From a virus (Duplodnaviria; Caudoviricetes): 64,000 nt of DNA. The stretch is taken from positions 8,962 to 72,961 of the IMG/VR virus record IMGVR_UViG_2595698404_000001; one strand, 5' to 3'. Of the stretch, positions 1 through 8,628 are shown one piece after another. How positions within the stretch are numbered: the stretch's first letter is position 1; each line of letters begins with the position of its first letter. A program made the position numbers and the translations under genes. Below the pieces are notes generated by a model. The model did not search any database, was not told the origin of the DNA, and saw nothing but the letters and a program-made list of their open reading frames with translations.

Positions 1-2003
1 CTTAATGTTTTGTCTGGTTTACTTACTACTAATCTGATTAATTGACTATCAGTTTTTGGTGTCTCGGTAACGCTCTCTGCGTTGTCTAAGAAAATAGGTC
101 CTTGTACTTTGTAGAACTTACATAGTGCATTGATTATTTCGGTACCGCAATGTATTTTTCCTGCGGAATTAAGGATGTTAAAATCAACTCCTAGATATGT
201 GGCCTTACAAGTTGGTACTTCAGAACCGTTTACCTGAGTTTCAAATAATTTGAATTTAGTTACCTCAAACAATGCGTTTACTTTGTCTTCTATTTGAGAT
301 ACTTTAGCGATTGTAAAACTCTGAGCAACAAACTCTTGTTTCTCAATATCTGCTATAAGTTGCGCTAATTTCGATTCCTCTTTAGATAGTTCCTCTACTC
401 TTTTTTCAATTTCTGCAATTTGATTTTTCTTTGAAAGTAAATCGTTTACTACTTGTAAATCATTTTGAATAGCTGTTTTTTGAACTTTCAAATCAGAAAT
501 ATCTACAGTTTTAGCTTCTTCTAGTGTAGATTCAAGAGTAGTAATAGTCTCAATGTTTGCTTGGTACTCTTTGTGAGTAGAAAGAATTTTTGCTGCATCC
601 GCTTCTGGATTTACAGGATCAACACTTTCTTTTCCACTCTCTTTTTTTAATTCCTCCTTAAGAGATTCTAATTCTTTTTTGGTCTCTGAAATAAGTTTTT
701 CTCCATCTAAAATTCTCTTTGAAGTTTCGGAAACCCTAGATTCTAAAGTTTCTTTTCTTAACTTATTAGCTTGTCCGTTTGTGTTTATGCTTAATAATGT
801 ATGGTTTTTTTCTTCCTTAAAATCAAGAAGCATCTTTTCTTTTTTAGACTCAGCATCAATTGAGTCTAAAGGCCTTTTACAGCTAGGGCAGTTAATGTTT
901 TCTTCGTCGAATTTAAGAGACTTAGCGTTTTCTATATCAAAATCTTTTCTTAATTTAGAAAGAGTGTTTTCTATTTCAATTATAGAGTTTAGGTCTTTTT
1001 GTTTTTCGTAAATATAATCAGAAACTCCTTTTGCATATTTTTCTAAAGTATTCTCCTTTGCTGAAATTTTTGCATTTAATAAAGAGATAGGATCCTCTAG
1101 TTGCCCTGCTAATGAATTAACCTTTTTCTTAACCTCGAACTCAATGTTCTGATTCTTAGTCTTTAAAGCGAATACTTCGTTAGATACTTCGTTTCTTTTT
1201 GCGTTGGCAATCTCTACAGTTTTGTTTTTGTCATCTATTTTAGAGTCTATTTCTGCAATTTTTGTTTCTAACTCAACTTTTTTGCCTTCTGCTTCTTTAA
1301 AATCAATTCCCTCTGGCTTACTTTTAATTTGCTCGTCAATCCTAGTTGGAATAGATTCTATAGATTTTTTGTGAAGTAAACGTGTTGCAGCAAGTTCTTT
1401 TTTATATTCGTCCAGGTCTTTACCTACTAATTTGGATAGTAAGGCCTCAAATTCTTTGTTTCCTGCAGCAATTTCTAAATTAGATACATTACCTGCAATT
1501 GAAATTAAAAGTTCTCTCTGCTTCTCCCAGTGAAGTGCATTAAAAGCTAAAGGATCTGAAATCATCTTGAAAATTAGTTCATCAAGTATGTTGCTTATTT
1601 TTTCTTCATACTCCTTTTTTGACTTCGGAACGTTGTTGTAGAAATACTTTGTAATATTTCCCTCAAAAACAGTTTCTAATGCACCCTTCTTTTTGGTCCA
1701 TTTCTCGGATAAAATTCTGGTAAGTGTAATCTCTTCTCCATCTACATCTAAAATAGCCTTAACGCTGTGATCTAATTTTGGAATAGCTACATTATTTTCG
1801 TCTAATGTTTTGATTGTAGATTTAGAGTCCGATTCTCCAATCATATTTTTACCAAAAAATAACCAAGAGAATGCGTCTCCAATGGTGGACTTTCCAGTAC
1901 CATTGTCACCAAAAATACTTGTGATGTGGTTGAAGTCGATATTAACTTCTTTTGCTCCTTTAAAGTAACGAAGTTCTAATCGCTTTAATTCAATGTGTTT
2001 CAT
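1..2003 (-). CDS. SMC/Rad50(SbcC)-like ATPase with long coiled coil (3' end runs off the window)
   Basis: Missing from the ORF track. Manual translation MKHIELKRLELRYFKGAKEVNIDF...GDNGTGKST (Walker A); central CPSC zinc-hook-like motif; C-terminal PIFLDNAESV (Walker B). Confidence 0.88.
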   Translation of the reverse strand, partial: MKHIELKRLELRYFKGAKEVNIDFNHITSIFGDNGTGKSTIGDAFSWLFFGKNMIGESDSKSTIKTLDENNVAIPKLDHSVKAILDVDGEEITLTRILSEKWTKKKGALETVFEGNITKYFYNNVPKSKKEYEEKISNILDELIFKMISDPLAFNALHWEKQRELLISIAGNVSNLEIAAGNKEFEALLSKLVGKDLDEYKKELAATRLLHKKSIESIPTRIDEQIKSKPEGIDFKEAEGKKVELETKIAEIDSKIDDKNKTVEIANAKRNEVSNEVFALKTKNQNIEFEVKKKVNSLAGQLEDPISLLNAKISAKENTLEKYAKGVSDYIYEKQKDLNSIIEIENTLSKLRKDFDIENAKSLKFDEENINCPSCKRPLDSIDAESKKEKMLLDFKEEKNHTLLSINTNGQANKLRKETLESRVSETSKRILDGEKLISETKKELESLKEELKKESGKESVDPVNPEADAAKILSTHKEYQANIETITTLESTLEEAKTVDISDLKVQKTAIQNDLQVVNDLLSKKNQIAEIEKRVEELSKEESKLAQLIADIEKQEFVAQSFTIAKVSQIEDKVNALFEVTKFKLFETQVNGSEVPTCKATYLGVDFNILNSAGKIHCGTEIINALCKFYKVQGPIFLDNAESVTETPKTDSQLIRLVVSKPDKTL

Positions 2004-2026
2004 TTTTCCCGATGTTTAATTATTGT

Positions 2027-2224
2027 TTAATCTACTATTTTGAATTTCCTGGTTTCGTCAATTAGCTTCTGGACGCTTTCTAGTGTGAATAAGTTTGTTT
2101 TAAGGTCCAATTTATGAACTTCTAATTTAGATTTAAAGTTCTTGTAGAAAGTTGTCCGGCTGCAATTAAGCATTTCACAGGCTTTTTTTGTTGTTACTGC
2201 TATTGGTTTTTCATCTGATTTCAT
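2027..2224 (-). CDS. Xis/AlpA-like helix-turn-helix protein
   Basis: TTKKACEMLNCSRTTFY is a typical HTH_17/excisionase motif; 65 aa. Confidence 0.75.
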   Translation of the reverse strand: MKSDEKPIAVTTKKACEMLNCSRTTFYKNFKSKLEVHKLDLKTNLFTLESVQKLIDETRKFKIVD

Positions 2225-2235
2225 AGTTTTGTTAT

Positions 2236-2265
2236 TATTTGTAAAGAAGTGTAAAAATATGTAAA
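2236..2265 (-). promoter_or_regulatory. Tandem TTTAC operator repeats with 10-bp period
   Basis: 2236-2255 is an exact reverse complement of 3446-3465 (TTTACACTTCTTTACAAATA); lies directly upstream of the HTH gene. Confidence 0.6.
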
Positions 2266-2289
2266 ATTATTGGTATTATGAAACTTTAA

Positions 2290-2958
2290 TTAGTTCTTTA
2301 TTGTGTAAATTATGTTTTGTTCTTTTGCTTGTATTACTGGCATTAAAATTAATTCTGAGGGGCCAATCTTAAATAATACAGGGCTAGATGGTTCTAATAT
2401 TTCTGAAACTTCAATTAAGTCAATGTTTAAAGAATCGCATATAGCTTTCAGTTCTAATATTCTGGAGAAACTTAACCTAGTTGATTTGATGTCTATATAA
2501 GAATTTTCGTCAAAAATTTTGCGTCCTGATTTTGTTCTTTTAGATTTAGGAATATTCCCTTCTCCTTCGCAAACAGGGCAATCAAAATCTCTACAGTGTC
2601 CTTTAAATTCCCATTCAACTTCTCCGCTGCCTTCACATTCTTTGCATTCTCCATCTGTATTTGTCTCTATATATTCATCTACAGTAGGTATCATCTTTTC
2701 TATGTCTGATAAAACACTGTACTTTATATTAAAAGAACTAATGAATTTTTCTTTAAAAAAAGATGGACACTTACGGATAAGAGAATCGTCTTCCTGAACT
2801 TTATACCCATCGACCATATACTTGGGAACTCTAAGCATTGCACATGCATTTGTTGAATAAATATAAAGACCTATAGCGAATGGTTTATGAAATAAAGGTC
2901 TATATAGATCTGTTCCAGACACACTTTCAAGCGCTTTTTTGATGTTTTCTGTTTTCAT
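2290..2958 (-). CDS. Protein with DnaJ-type zinc finger inserted in a possible beta-clamp-like fold
   Basis: CKECEGSG and CPVCEGEG motifs; C-terminal LILMPV resembles sliding-clamp C-termini. Confidence 0.6.
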   Translation of the reverse strand: MKTENIKKALESVSGTDLYRPLFHKPFAIGLYIYSTNACAMLRVPKYMVDGYKVQEDDSLIRKCPSFFKEKFISSFNIKYSVLSDIEKMIPTVDEYIETNTDGECKECEGSGEVEWEFKGHCRDFDCPVCEGEGNIPKSKRTKSGRKIFDENSYIDIKSTRLSFSRILELKAICDSLNIDLIEVSEILEPSSPVLFKIGPSELILMPVIQAKEQNIIYTIKN

Positions 2959-2968
2959 AATATTATTT

Positions 2969-3217
2969 TTATGCTGTTAGTTTAAAAAAGTCATTAAATT
3001 CAACTACTCTTATCCCGTTCTTTTCCTGCATTTCGGCACTACCTACTGTTCCTGTAGATAGAAATGTGTCATTGTCTGCGAAAATAACAATAGATGTTTT
3101 TGTTTCGGCCATTTGAGGGACAAAACTAATGTATAAGTTTTCTGCTCCTAAAAACTCCTTTATTAAATTAAACTCTAATTCGTTTTTTACTACAACTGAT
3201 AATCCTTTGTTTTTCAT
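2969..3217 (-). CDS. Hypothetical protein
   Basis: 82 aa ORF preceded by TATATTTG (minus strand, 3251-3258). Confidence 0.6.
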   Translation of the reverse strand: MKNKGLSVVVKNELEFNLIKEFLGAENLYISFVPQMAETKTSIVIFADNDTFLSTGTVGSAEMQEKNGIRVVEFNDFFKLTA

Positions 3218-3300
3218 AATACGTTTTTTAGATTAAATTATTATTGAGTTCAAATATATGTAAATATTTGTAAACTTGTGTATTTTATTATGAAAAAATA

Positions 3301-3470
3301 ATTGTTGTTCAATGGTTGTTCAAATTTCATTGGACCAATGACTGCAAGTGCCGCCAGTACTGCATTGACTTCTTTGGCTCCGTGCCCGGAGTTAGAATAC
3401 GTTTTTTAAAAGAAATACTTGCACAGTATGTTTTTTGGATATATATTTACACTTCTTTACAAATATTTAC
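3301..3470. other. Probable attP-like region (arm repeats plus core)
   Basis: Tandem TTGTTCAA repeats 3305-3323; GC-rich core CGTGCCCGGAGTTAGAATACG at 3381; flanking TTTAC repeats; intergenic between divergent genes near Xis and Int. Confidence 0.45.
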
Positions 3471-3490
3471 AGAAATTAAATAAATGAATT

Positions 3491-3682
3491 ATGAAAGTAG
3501 AAATTACAAAAAGACAATTAGAAGCTATACAAGAGGTTTGCATAACGATTGATGCTACAATAGGTTGTAGTGACACTGAATCATCGGATGACGCTCCGGA
3601 TTTTGATAAAAGCATGAATAGAGAATTGAAAATTATAAAAAGATTCTTTAATAAAAATGGTTATGAATTAGATATAAGTTAG
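3491..3682 (+). CDS. Hypothetical protein
   Basis: ORF with AT-rich leader; stop codon overlaps the array-start palindrome. Confidence 0.6.
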   Translation: MKVEITKRQLEAIQEVCITIDATIGCSDTESSDDAPDFDKSMNRELKIIKRFFNKNGYELDIS

Positions 3683-3749
3683 TATTAATACTAACGTATT
3701 GCTATATGAAAAGTACGATTGAATTATAAATTAACTTAATAAATAAACG

Positions 3750-4016
3750 ATGAATTTACAAGAATTAGAAAACAAGGTTTGGAAAGAAAATGTTAAACAA
3801 AAAACGATTGATTTAGTGCAAAATGCTGAATGTGATTTTGATGATGAACCCTATACCGAAGATGAAATAGGTGCATATATTTATGAGGTAGGAATTTGCC
3901 TTGAAGTTTATGATCCTTGTTTGCGTGTAGATGTGGAAATACTTACGGAATTAAAAACCATTTTAGAAAGTAAGCTAGAACGACTTAGAAGCTTTCCTAA
4001 AAAAGAAATGGCTTAG
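3750..4016 (+). CDS. Cassette-borne hypothetical protein
   Basis: Lies wholly inside the loop of unit B1. Confidence 0.7.
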   Translation: MNLQELENKVWKENVKQKTIDLVQNAECDFDDEPYTEDEIGAYIYEVGICLEVYDPCLRVDVEILTELKTILESKLERLRSFPKKEMA

Positions 4017-4166
4017 TATTTTTTATATAGCGTGTTGTAAACTGGCGCACCTATTTACAAAGATTGCGTAATGATTGTGCGCTTGTTTACAACTGACGCG
4101 TATAAGAATTGAAGCGGATGGTGACGACACGAATGTCGCTACCATAACAAACTAAAATAAATAATA

Positions 4167-4484
4167 ATGAACACCGATAAAGCAATAAACCGCTTTTGTT
4201 TTTATACGGTGTTATATACTGTTAAAATGGCAAAGACAAAACAAGATTATATAAACGAATTAGTAAGCATTGCATTTGATTTCGATAAAAAATACCAACT
4301 GCAAGATCAAAGAATGCAAGACCTTCAAGAAATGGCTTCACTTGCAAGACTAGGTAAAAAAGAAAGTCAAGAATTTAGACAATTAGAAATGAAACACAGA
4401 GCAACTGTAATTGACTTTGGTAATGAAGCAAATGCAATGCGTAGGGTAATCAAGAACCTTAAAAAATATGCGTGGAACTTTTAA
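4167..4484 (+). CDS. Cassette-borne hypothetical protein (alternative start at 4227)
   Basis: Spans the B2/A3 junction; stop codon in the right arm of A3. Confidence 0.7.
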   Translation: MNTDKAINRFCFYTVLYTVKMAKTKQDYINELVSIAFDFDKKYQLQDQRMQDLQEMASLARLGKKESQEFRQLEMKHRATVIDFGNEANAMRRVIKNLKKYAWNF

Positions 4485-4562
4485 TTGTTTATAACGAATA
4501 GTAATATGAAAAGTTGCTGAATTAAGCACGAAAATTAATAGATAAACCTAAAAATAAAAATT

Positions 4563-4703
4563 ATGTTAGATAGCGGAGACAATGAATTTGTTTACAAAGG
4601 ATGCAAAGAAGCAATAGAAAAAGGAATTGCAAAGTTTACATTAAAAGACTTACAAAAAGGATTTAGTAAAGAAGAAGTAAGTAAGTGGGAAAACGAAAAG
4701 TGA
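4563..4703 (+). CDS. Small cassette-borne protein (46 aa, MLDSGDNEFVYKG...)
   Basis: Manual translation; AAAATTATG start; inside the loop of B3. Confidence 0.5.
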   Translation: MLDSGDNEFVYKGCKEAIEKGIAKFTLKDLQKGFSKEEVSKWENEK

Positions 4704-4879
4704 TTTTTATTTTCTTCGATTGAGCAACGAACTTAATTAAAGAGAAACGACCTAAAGCAATTTTTTATATTACGTGTTAGCAAATGGGCGCAAGTTAACA
4801 CGTTTGAGTGAGTATAGAGTTTGCGCCTTTTTGCTAACGTAATTGTATAAGGCAAGTAAATATAAATAAACTGTAAATT

Positions 4880-5179
4880 ATGGAATTAAAAAATAAGATT
4901 GAAAAAGTGCTAAAAGACTACGGATGTTTGCAAAAACACAAAAACGAAGGAGTTGGGGAAGCTTATAACCAAATAAGAAACGAAGATTTAGTAAATGATT
5001 TATTTGCTTTATACGGTGTTATGTGTAGTTTGAACTTAGCTGAAATTGAGAACTTAGTTAGATTAAAACACTATGACGATAGCGACTTTGGTTGGGATAA
5101 AAAAGCGTGTGAGGAAATGCGAGAAGAAAGTAGAAAATCAGTAGGTTATACTAAAGCTGATTTAGAAAATTACACATAA
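4880..5179 (+). CDS. Cassette-borne hypothetical protein
   Basis: Spans the B4/A5 junction (LYGVMCS); stop TAA is part of the terminal TAAC. Confidence 0.7.
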   Translation: MELKNKIEKVLKDYGCLQKHKNEGVGEAYNQIRNEDLVNDLFALYGVMCSLNLAEIENLVRLKHYDDSDFGWDKKACEEMREESRKSVGYTKADLENYT

Positions 5180-5218
5180 CGGTTTGAATAAACGCAGTAA
5201 TTTAACAGAAAGATAGAT

Positions 5219-5527
5219 ATGAGAACGAAACTTAGATTATTATGGTATTGGTTTGAAACAAGGTACGCAAAATTATTGCGTTTATTTGGTGTTGTGCGTA
5301 GTACGGATTGTATTCCTGACGGAATGTATTGTTATGAGTATGATGAAGAACGCAACGCTAAAGAGCCTACTGATGGATATTGGATAAAAACTTGCAAGTA
5401 TTACAGAAGCACACCAAAAACAAAAGGCGTTGCTTGTACCTATGTAGGATATATTGGATTTGACCCTTGCTTATATGACCAATGTAAAATATGTGGTGTA
5501 AAAGATTCTTTTGAAAACGAGGATTAG
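5219..5527 (+). CDS. Cassette-borne Cys-rich protein
   Basis: Spans the B5/A6 junction (LFGVVRS); IPDGMYCY...CKYY...LYDQCKICG motif. Confidence 0.7.
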   Translation: MRTKLRLLWYWFETRYAKLLRLFGVVRSTDCIPDGMYCYEYDEERNAKEPTDGYWIKTCKYYRSTPKTKGVACTYVGYIGFDPCLYDQCKICGVKDSFENED

Positions 5528-5573
5528 TATTACGCACAACAATGTTATATAACTAATTCAAAAAACTGAATCT

Positions 5574-5810
5574 ATGGAAACTACTGCAAAACAAGTGACT
5601 TTAAATATAATAGATGGTAAATTTACATCTTTAGAATTGCAAAATTTACTTCAATTAATTGCACAAGAGTTGAAATTACAAACTACATCCAATTACGCTA
5701 AAGAAAACAAACTATCTTTTAATGGAGTTAAAAACTTTAGGCCTCATATTTTAATTGATGGAATCAAATTTCATTCAGACGGAATTATAGAAAATAGCTT
5801 ACCTTTTTAA
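5574..5810 (+). CDS. Hypothetical protein, possibly DNA-binding
   Basis: 78 aa ORF immediately upstream of the integrase. Confidence 0.6.
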   Translation: METTAKQVTLNIIDGKFTSLELQNLLQLIAQELKLQTTSNYAKENKLSFNGVKNFRPHILIDGIKFHSDGIIENSLPF

Positions 5811-5831
5811 TTTTTTAAATCAATCGGGAAA

Positions 5832-7118
5832 ATGGCAACAATAAGACTAGTAACAAGAAGCAAGAAAAACCCTTGCAATTTAAACATTCGATTTTCTGCA
5901 GGAAGGGAGAACAACTTCTACTTGCCTACAAAAGTCTTTGTTAATCCAAACCATTGGGATAATAAAAAATCGAACTACAAAAACTCTAGCGAAATAGAAG
6001 ATAGAATGATTAAAGCGGCTAAATTTGAACGCTTAAAATCTGATATTTTAAACGAGTATAACACTGCTTATATGAATGGCGAAGTTACCGATCCTCAATG
6101 GCTAGAAGAAGTTGTTAAGGACCTGTTTGATCGTCCAGAAAAAGAGAAAGGAAACAAAGTTCGTGAGCATTTTGTGTACTACTTAGATTTTTGTGAGTAT
6201 TGGTTGAAGGAAATTGCACCGACCTGGAAGACAGAAAAGAATAAATTCATGTCAAAAAGAGCAATTCAACAGTACGACACCTTCGTATTGGCCTTTAAAA
6301 ATTTTCAAAACAGTTCTACAAGAAAGAGATACCGTATAAAAGATGTAAATAGTGTTGTTTTAAACGATTTCTCGACTTATCTATGTGACGAAGCTAAGTT
6401 TGCCCCTACGACATCGAAACGTTTAGTAGGTCGCGTTAAATTCTTTTTAAACAGAGCAGAGAAGACCGGAATAAAAACAGATCCTAGTTTTAAAGAGCGT
6501 GTTTATGTGCAAAAAGAAGAGACAGATATTTTAGTTCCGTACTTAAACGAGGAAGAAATAGAAAGAATTTTTCGTCTGGATCTATCGAACGACCAAACAC
6601 TAGACAATATTAGAGATAGTTTTTTAATTAGTTTGTGGAGTGGCCTGAGAATTTCAGATTTCAATAAGAACTTAGATATTAGTAATATCGATGGGGAGTA
6701 TATCAAGATAATGACAACTAAAACTGGCAGTTGGGTTACAATTCCCTTGCATCCGCATGTAAAAGCGGTGTTAAACAAGAGATTTGGCGCTTTGCCAGTG
6801 AAGTATAGTGACAAACATTTTAACGAGCACGTAAAAACCGTGTGTATGCTTGCAGATATAGACGAAGAAATTAAAGGAAAGTTATTTGACAAGGATAAAA
6901 AGAGAAAATTGGTCGATGTTTACCCTAAATACAAGTTAATTAGTAGTCATTCTGGACGTAGAAGTTTTGCTACCAATTTGCACGGCAGTATTCCAGATCA
7001 TATTTTAGCAGATTTAGGCGGTTGGTCAGATATTAAAATGATGCTTCATTATGTGAAGCGTACAAAAAAAGAAAGTGCGGAAGTTTTAAAGAAAATTTGG
7101 GATGAAAAATATAAGTAA
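5832..7118 (+). CDS. int: Tyrosine recombinase / phage integrase (Bacteroidota type with N-terminal arm-binding domain)
   Basis: SGLRISD (R), KT, HSGRRSFATN (HxxR), GWSDIKMMLHY (catalytic Y); N-terminal PNHWD arm-binding motif. Confidence 0.95.
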   Translation: MATIRLVTRSKKNPCNLNIRFSAGRENNFYLPTKVFVNPNHWDNKKSNYKNSSEIEDRMIKAAKFERLKSDILNEYNTAYMNGEVTDPQWLEEVVKDLFDRPEKEKGNKVREHFVYYLDFCEYWLKEIAPTWKTEKNKFMSKRAIQQYDTFVLAFKNFQNSSTRKRYRIKDVNSVVLNDFSTYLCDEAKFAPTTSKRLVGRVKFFLNRAEKTGIKTDPSFKERVYVQKEETDILVPYLNEEEIERIFRLDLSNDQTLDNIRDSFLISLWSGLRISDFNKNLDISNIDGEYIKIMTTKTGSWVTIPLHPHVKAVLNKRFGALPVKYSDKHFNEHVKTVCMLADIDEEIKGKLFDKDKKRKLVDVYPKYKLISSHSGRRSFATNLHGSIPDHILADLGGWSDIKMMLHYVKRTKKESAEVLKKIWDEKYK

Positions 7119-7727
7119 CCATTACGTAGACAACAGGGATATTAGAGATAATAACTATCTAGGTCCTCTTGTTAATTTTTATGACGAGACTAATCCTAGA
7201 CATAGAAACGTTGTAGGGAAAATTAGCAAAAAAGAAGCTCTTGAAACTATCAAGAAAATATTAATATATGATTCCGAAGATTTAAAAGGGAAAATAAAAA
7301 GACAAAAAAATATTTAGAAGAAAAAAGTAAAGCAAACCCTGAGCTTACATTTAGTGAGTTTTACGAAAAAGATTTTTATATTTTGATAAACAAATTTATA
7401 GATAGTGGGTATAATTTCAAAAGACCAGGGTATAGTATTCCTTTGACTAAGGAAGATGTGAGGCATATTTATTTAATGCAATCAGATCAACTAAATGTTA
7501 GAAGGTCTGGGTTTGATAAATATAATGATGTATCTATTAGTGAGAATGAATTTAAGTTACTTTATGAAGAAAGTAAGAGTGAATTAAGTTGGTTCTGGGA
7601 TAAGGATCCAATAAAATACAACAAACGAAAAATAACTTCCTTCCCTTATTATGATTTGGCTCAGTTAGAGGAAGCATTAAGTAATTGCGAAAATAGAATT
7701 AAAGAAATAAACCAACATAAAAAATAA
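7102..7727 (+). CDS. Hypothetical protein, probably one gene split by a -1 shift at A7 (7304-7310)
   Basis: The frame of 7383..7727 is open back to 7305 (KKYLEEKSKANPEL...). Confidence 0.5.
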
Positions 7728-7732
7728 GTAGT

Positions 7733-8086
7733 ATGGAAAATAATATAATTTACTCAGAAAATTACGCTGTTCACTTTAAAATGAATGAAGGTTGGATCAG
7801 TTTTATTGCGTATTATGTAGTCAAAGGAAGTCAAGATCAAGTTGAGACTTTATGGTACTTAGATAAGGACGACGAGCAAAAAACACTAAAAGATTTTGAT
7901 GAAAATAAAGCATTCCATAAATTAAAAGGAAGTTATGTTTGGCGTGGAGTTTGGGAAGGAAGATTATACTTCACTGACGAAGAATATTGGAGTGAAGATT
8001 TAAAAGAATTGAGCGACTTATTTAGTGACACCATCGAGCCTTTTTGTAAAGAAAAAATTACAGAATATAACGATAAAAATAATTAG
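7733..8086 (+). CDS. Hypothetical protein
   Basis: 117 aa ORF in operon. Confidence 0.65.
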   Translation: MENNIIYSENYAVHFKMNEGWISFIAYYVVKGSQDQVETLWYLDKDDEQKTLKDFDENKAFHKLKGSYVWRGVWEGRLYFTDEEYWSEDLKELSDLFSDTIEPFCKEKITEYNDKNN

Positions 8087-8087
8087 T

Positions 8088-8570
8088 ATGAGAGATACAA
8101 GATTAGAAATTTCTATAGAATCTTTAATAGAGTACAAGTACCCTAACATTAAAGATTTGAATGTAGAATGTATTCAGGGTGGTAAGACTGTAATTAAATA
8201 CAGTAACAAAGATATTCCAAAACAAGATGTAATAGATTTTTTAGGGAGTGTTAAAAAAGAAATTGCTACTGAAGAATTTATGAAGGATTTAATTAGTGGC
8301 AGTGCCTTCGTATTCCATAACGGAAAACTTCTAGTTGAAAAAGGAAGTACCGAAGAATCGGTTTTGAAAAATAGTAACATAAATTTATCTTATCCAGATC
8401 CTTTAACAGATAAAGAGAAAGAATTATATTTTGATACCAAAATAGAGCACCTTACTTCAGAAGAAATTACTCAGAAGTATGGTGACAAACTTTCCGAAGA
8501 GCAAATTGGATTTTTAAAAAAATACTCAAAAATAAATACTAATGGATGCAATCCTGGCGAAGATCTTTAG
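8088..8570 (+). CDS. Hypothetical protein (start at MRDTRL)
   Basis: ATG directly after the previous stop codon. Confidence 0.6.
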   Translation: MRDTRLEISIESLIEYKYPNIKDLNVECIQGGKTVIKYSNKDIPKQDVIDFLGSVKKEIATEEFMKDLISGSAFVFHNGKLLVEKGSTEESVLKNSNINLSYPDPLTDKEKELYFDTKIEHLTSEEITQKYGDKLSEEQIGFLKKYSKINTNGCNPGEDL

Positions 8571-8628
8571 TACAATAATTAAACGATTTTAAAATTGTGG
8601 CATCGTAACTTTAAAAACAGGACACAAA

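Larger units (their letters stand above)
3678..5553 (+). repeat. Integron-like array of alternating AAC..GTT / GTT..AAC inverted-repeat cassettes
   Basis: Ten consecutive units, each bounded by 14-24 nt imperfect inverted repeats and sharing AAC/GTT junctions at 3693, 4034, 4091, 4211, 4493, 4776, 4836, 5018, 5178, 5291 and 5538. Confidence 0.85.

Noticed and set aside
679-1011. Plus-strand 110 aa ORF
   Set aside because: Antisense shadow of the ATPase gene.
3678-5553. CRISPR array
   Set aside because: Units are sequence-divergent inverted arms with 60-340 bp variable interiors that contain ORFs; there are no identical direct repeats and no cas genes.
3678-5553. Series of intrinsic terminators
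   Set aside because: Arms are up to 300 bp apart, lack U tails and are read through by ORFs.
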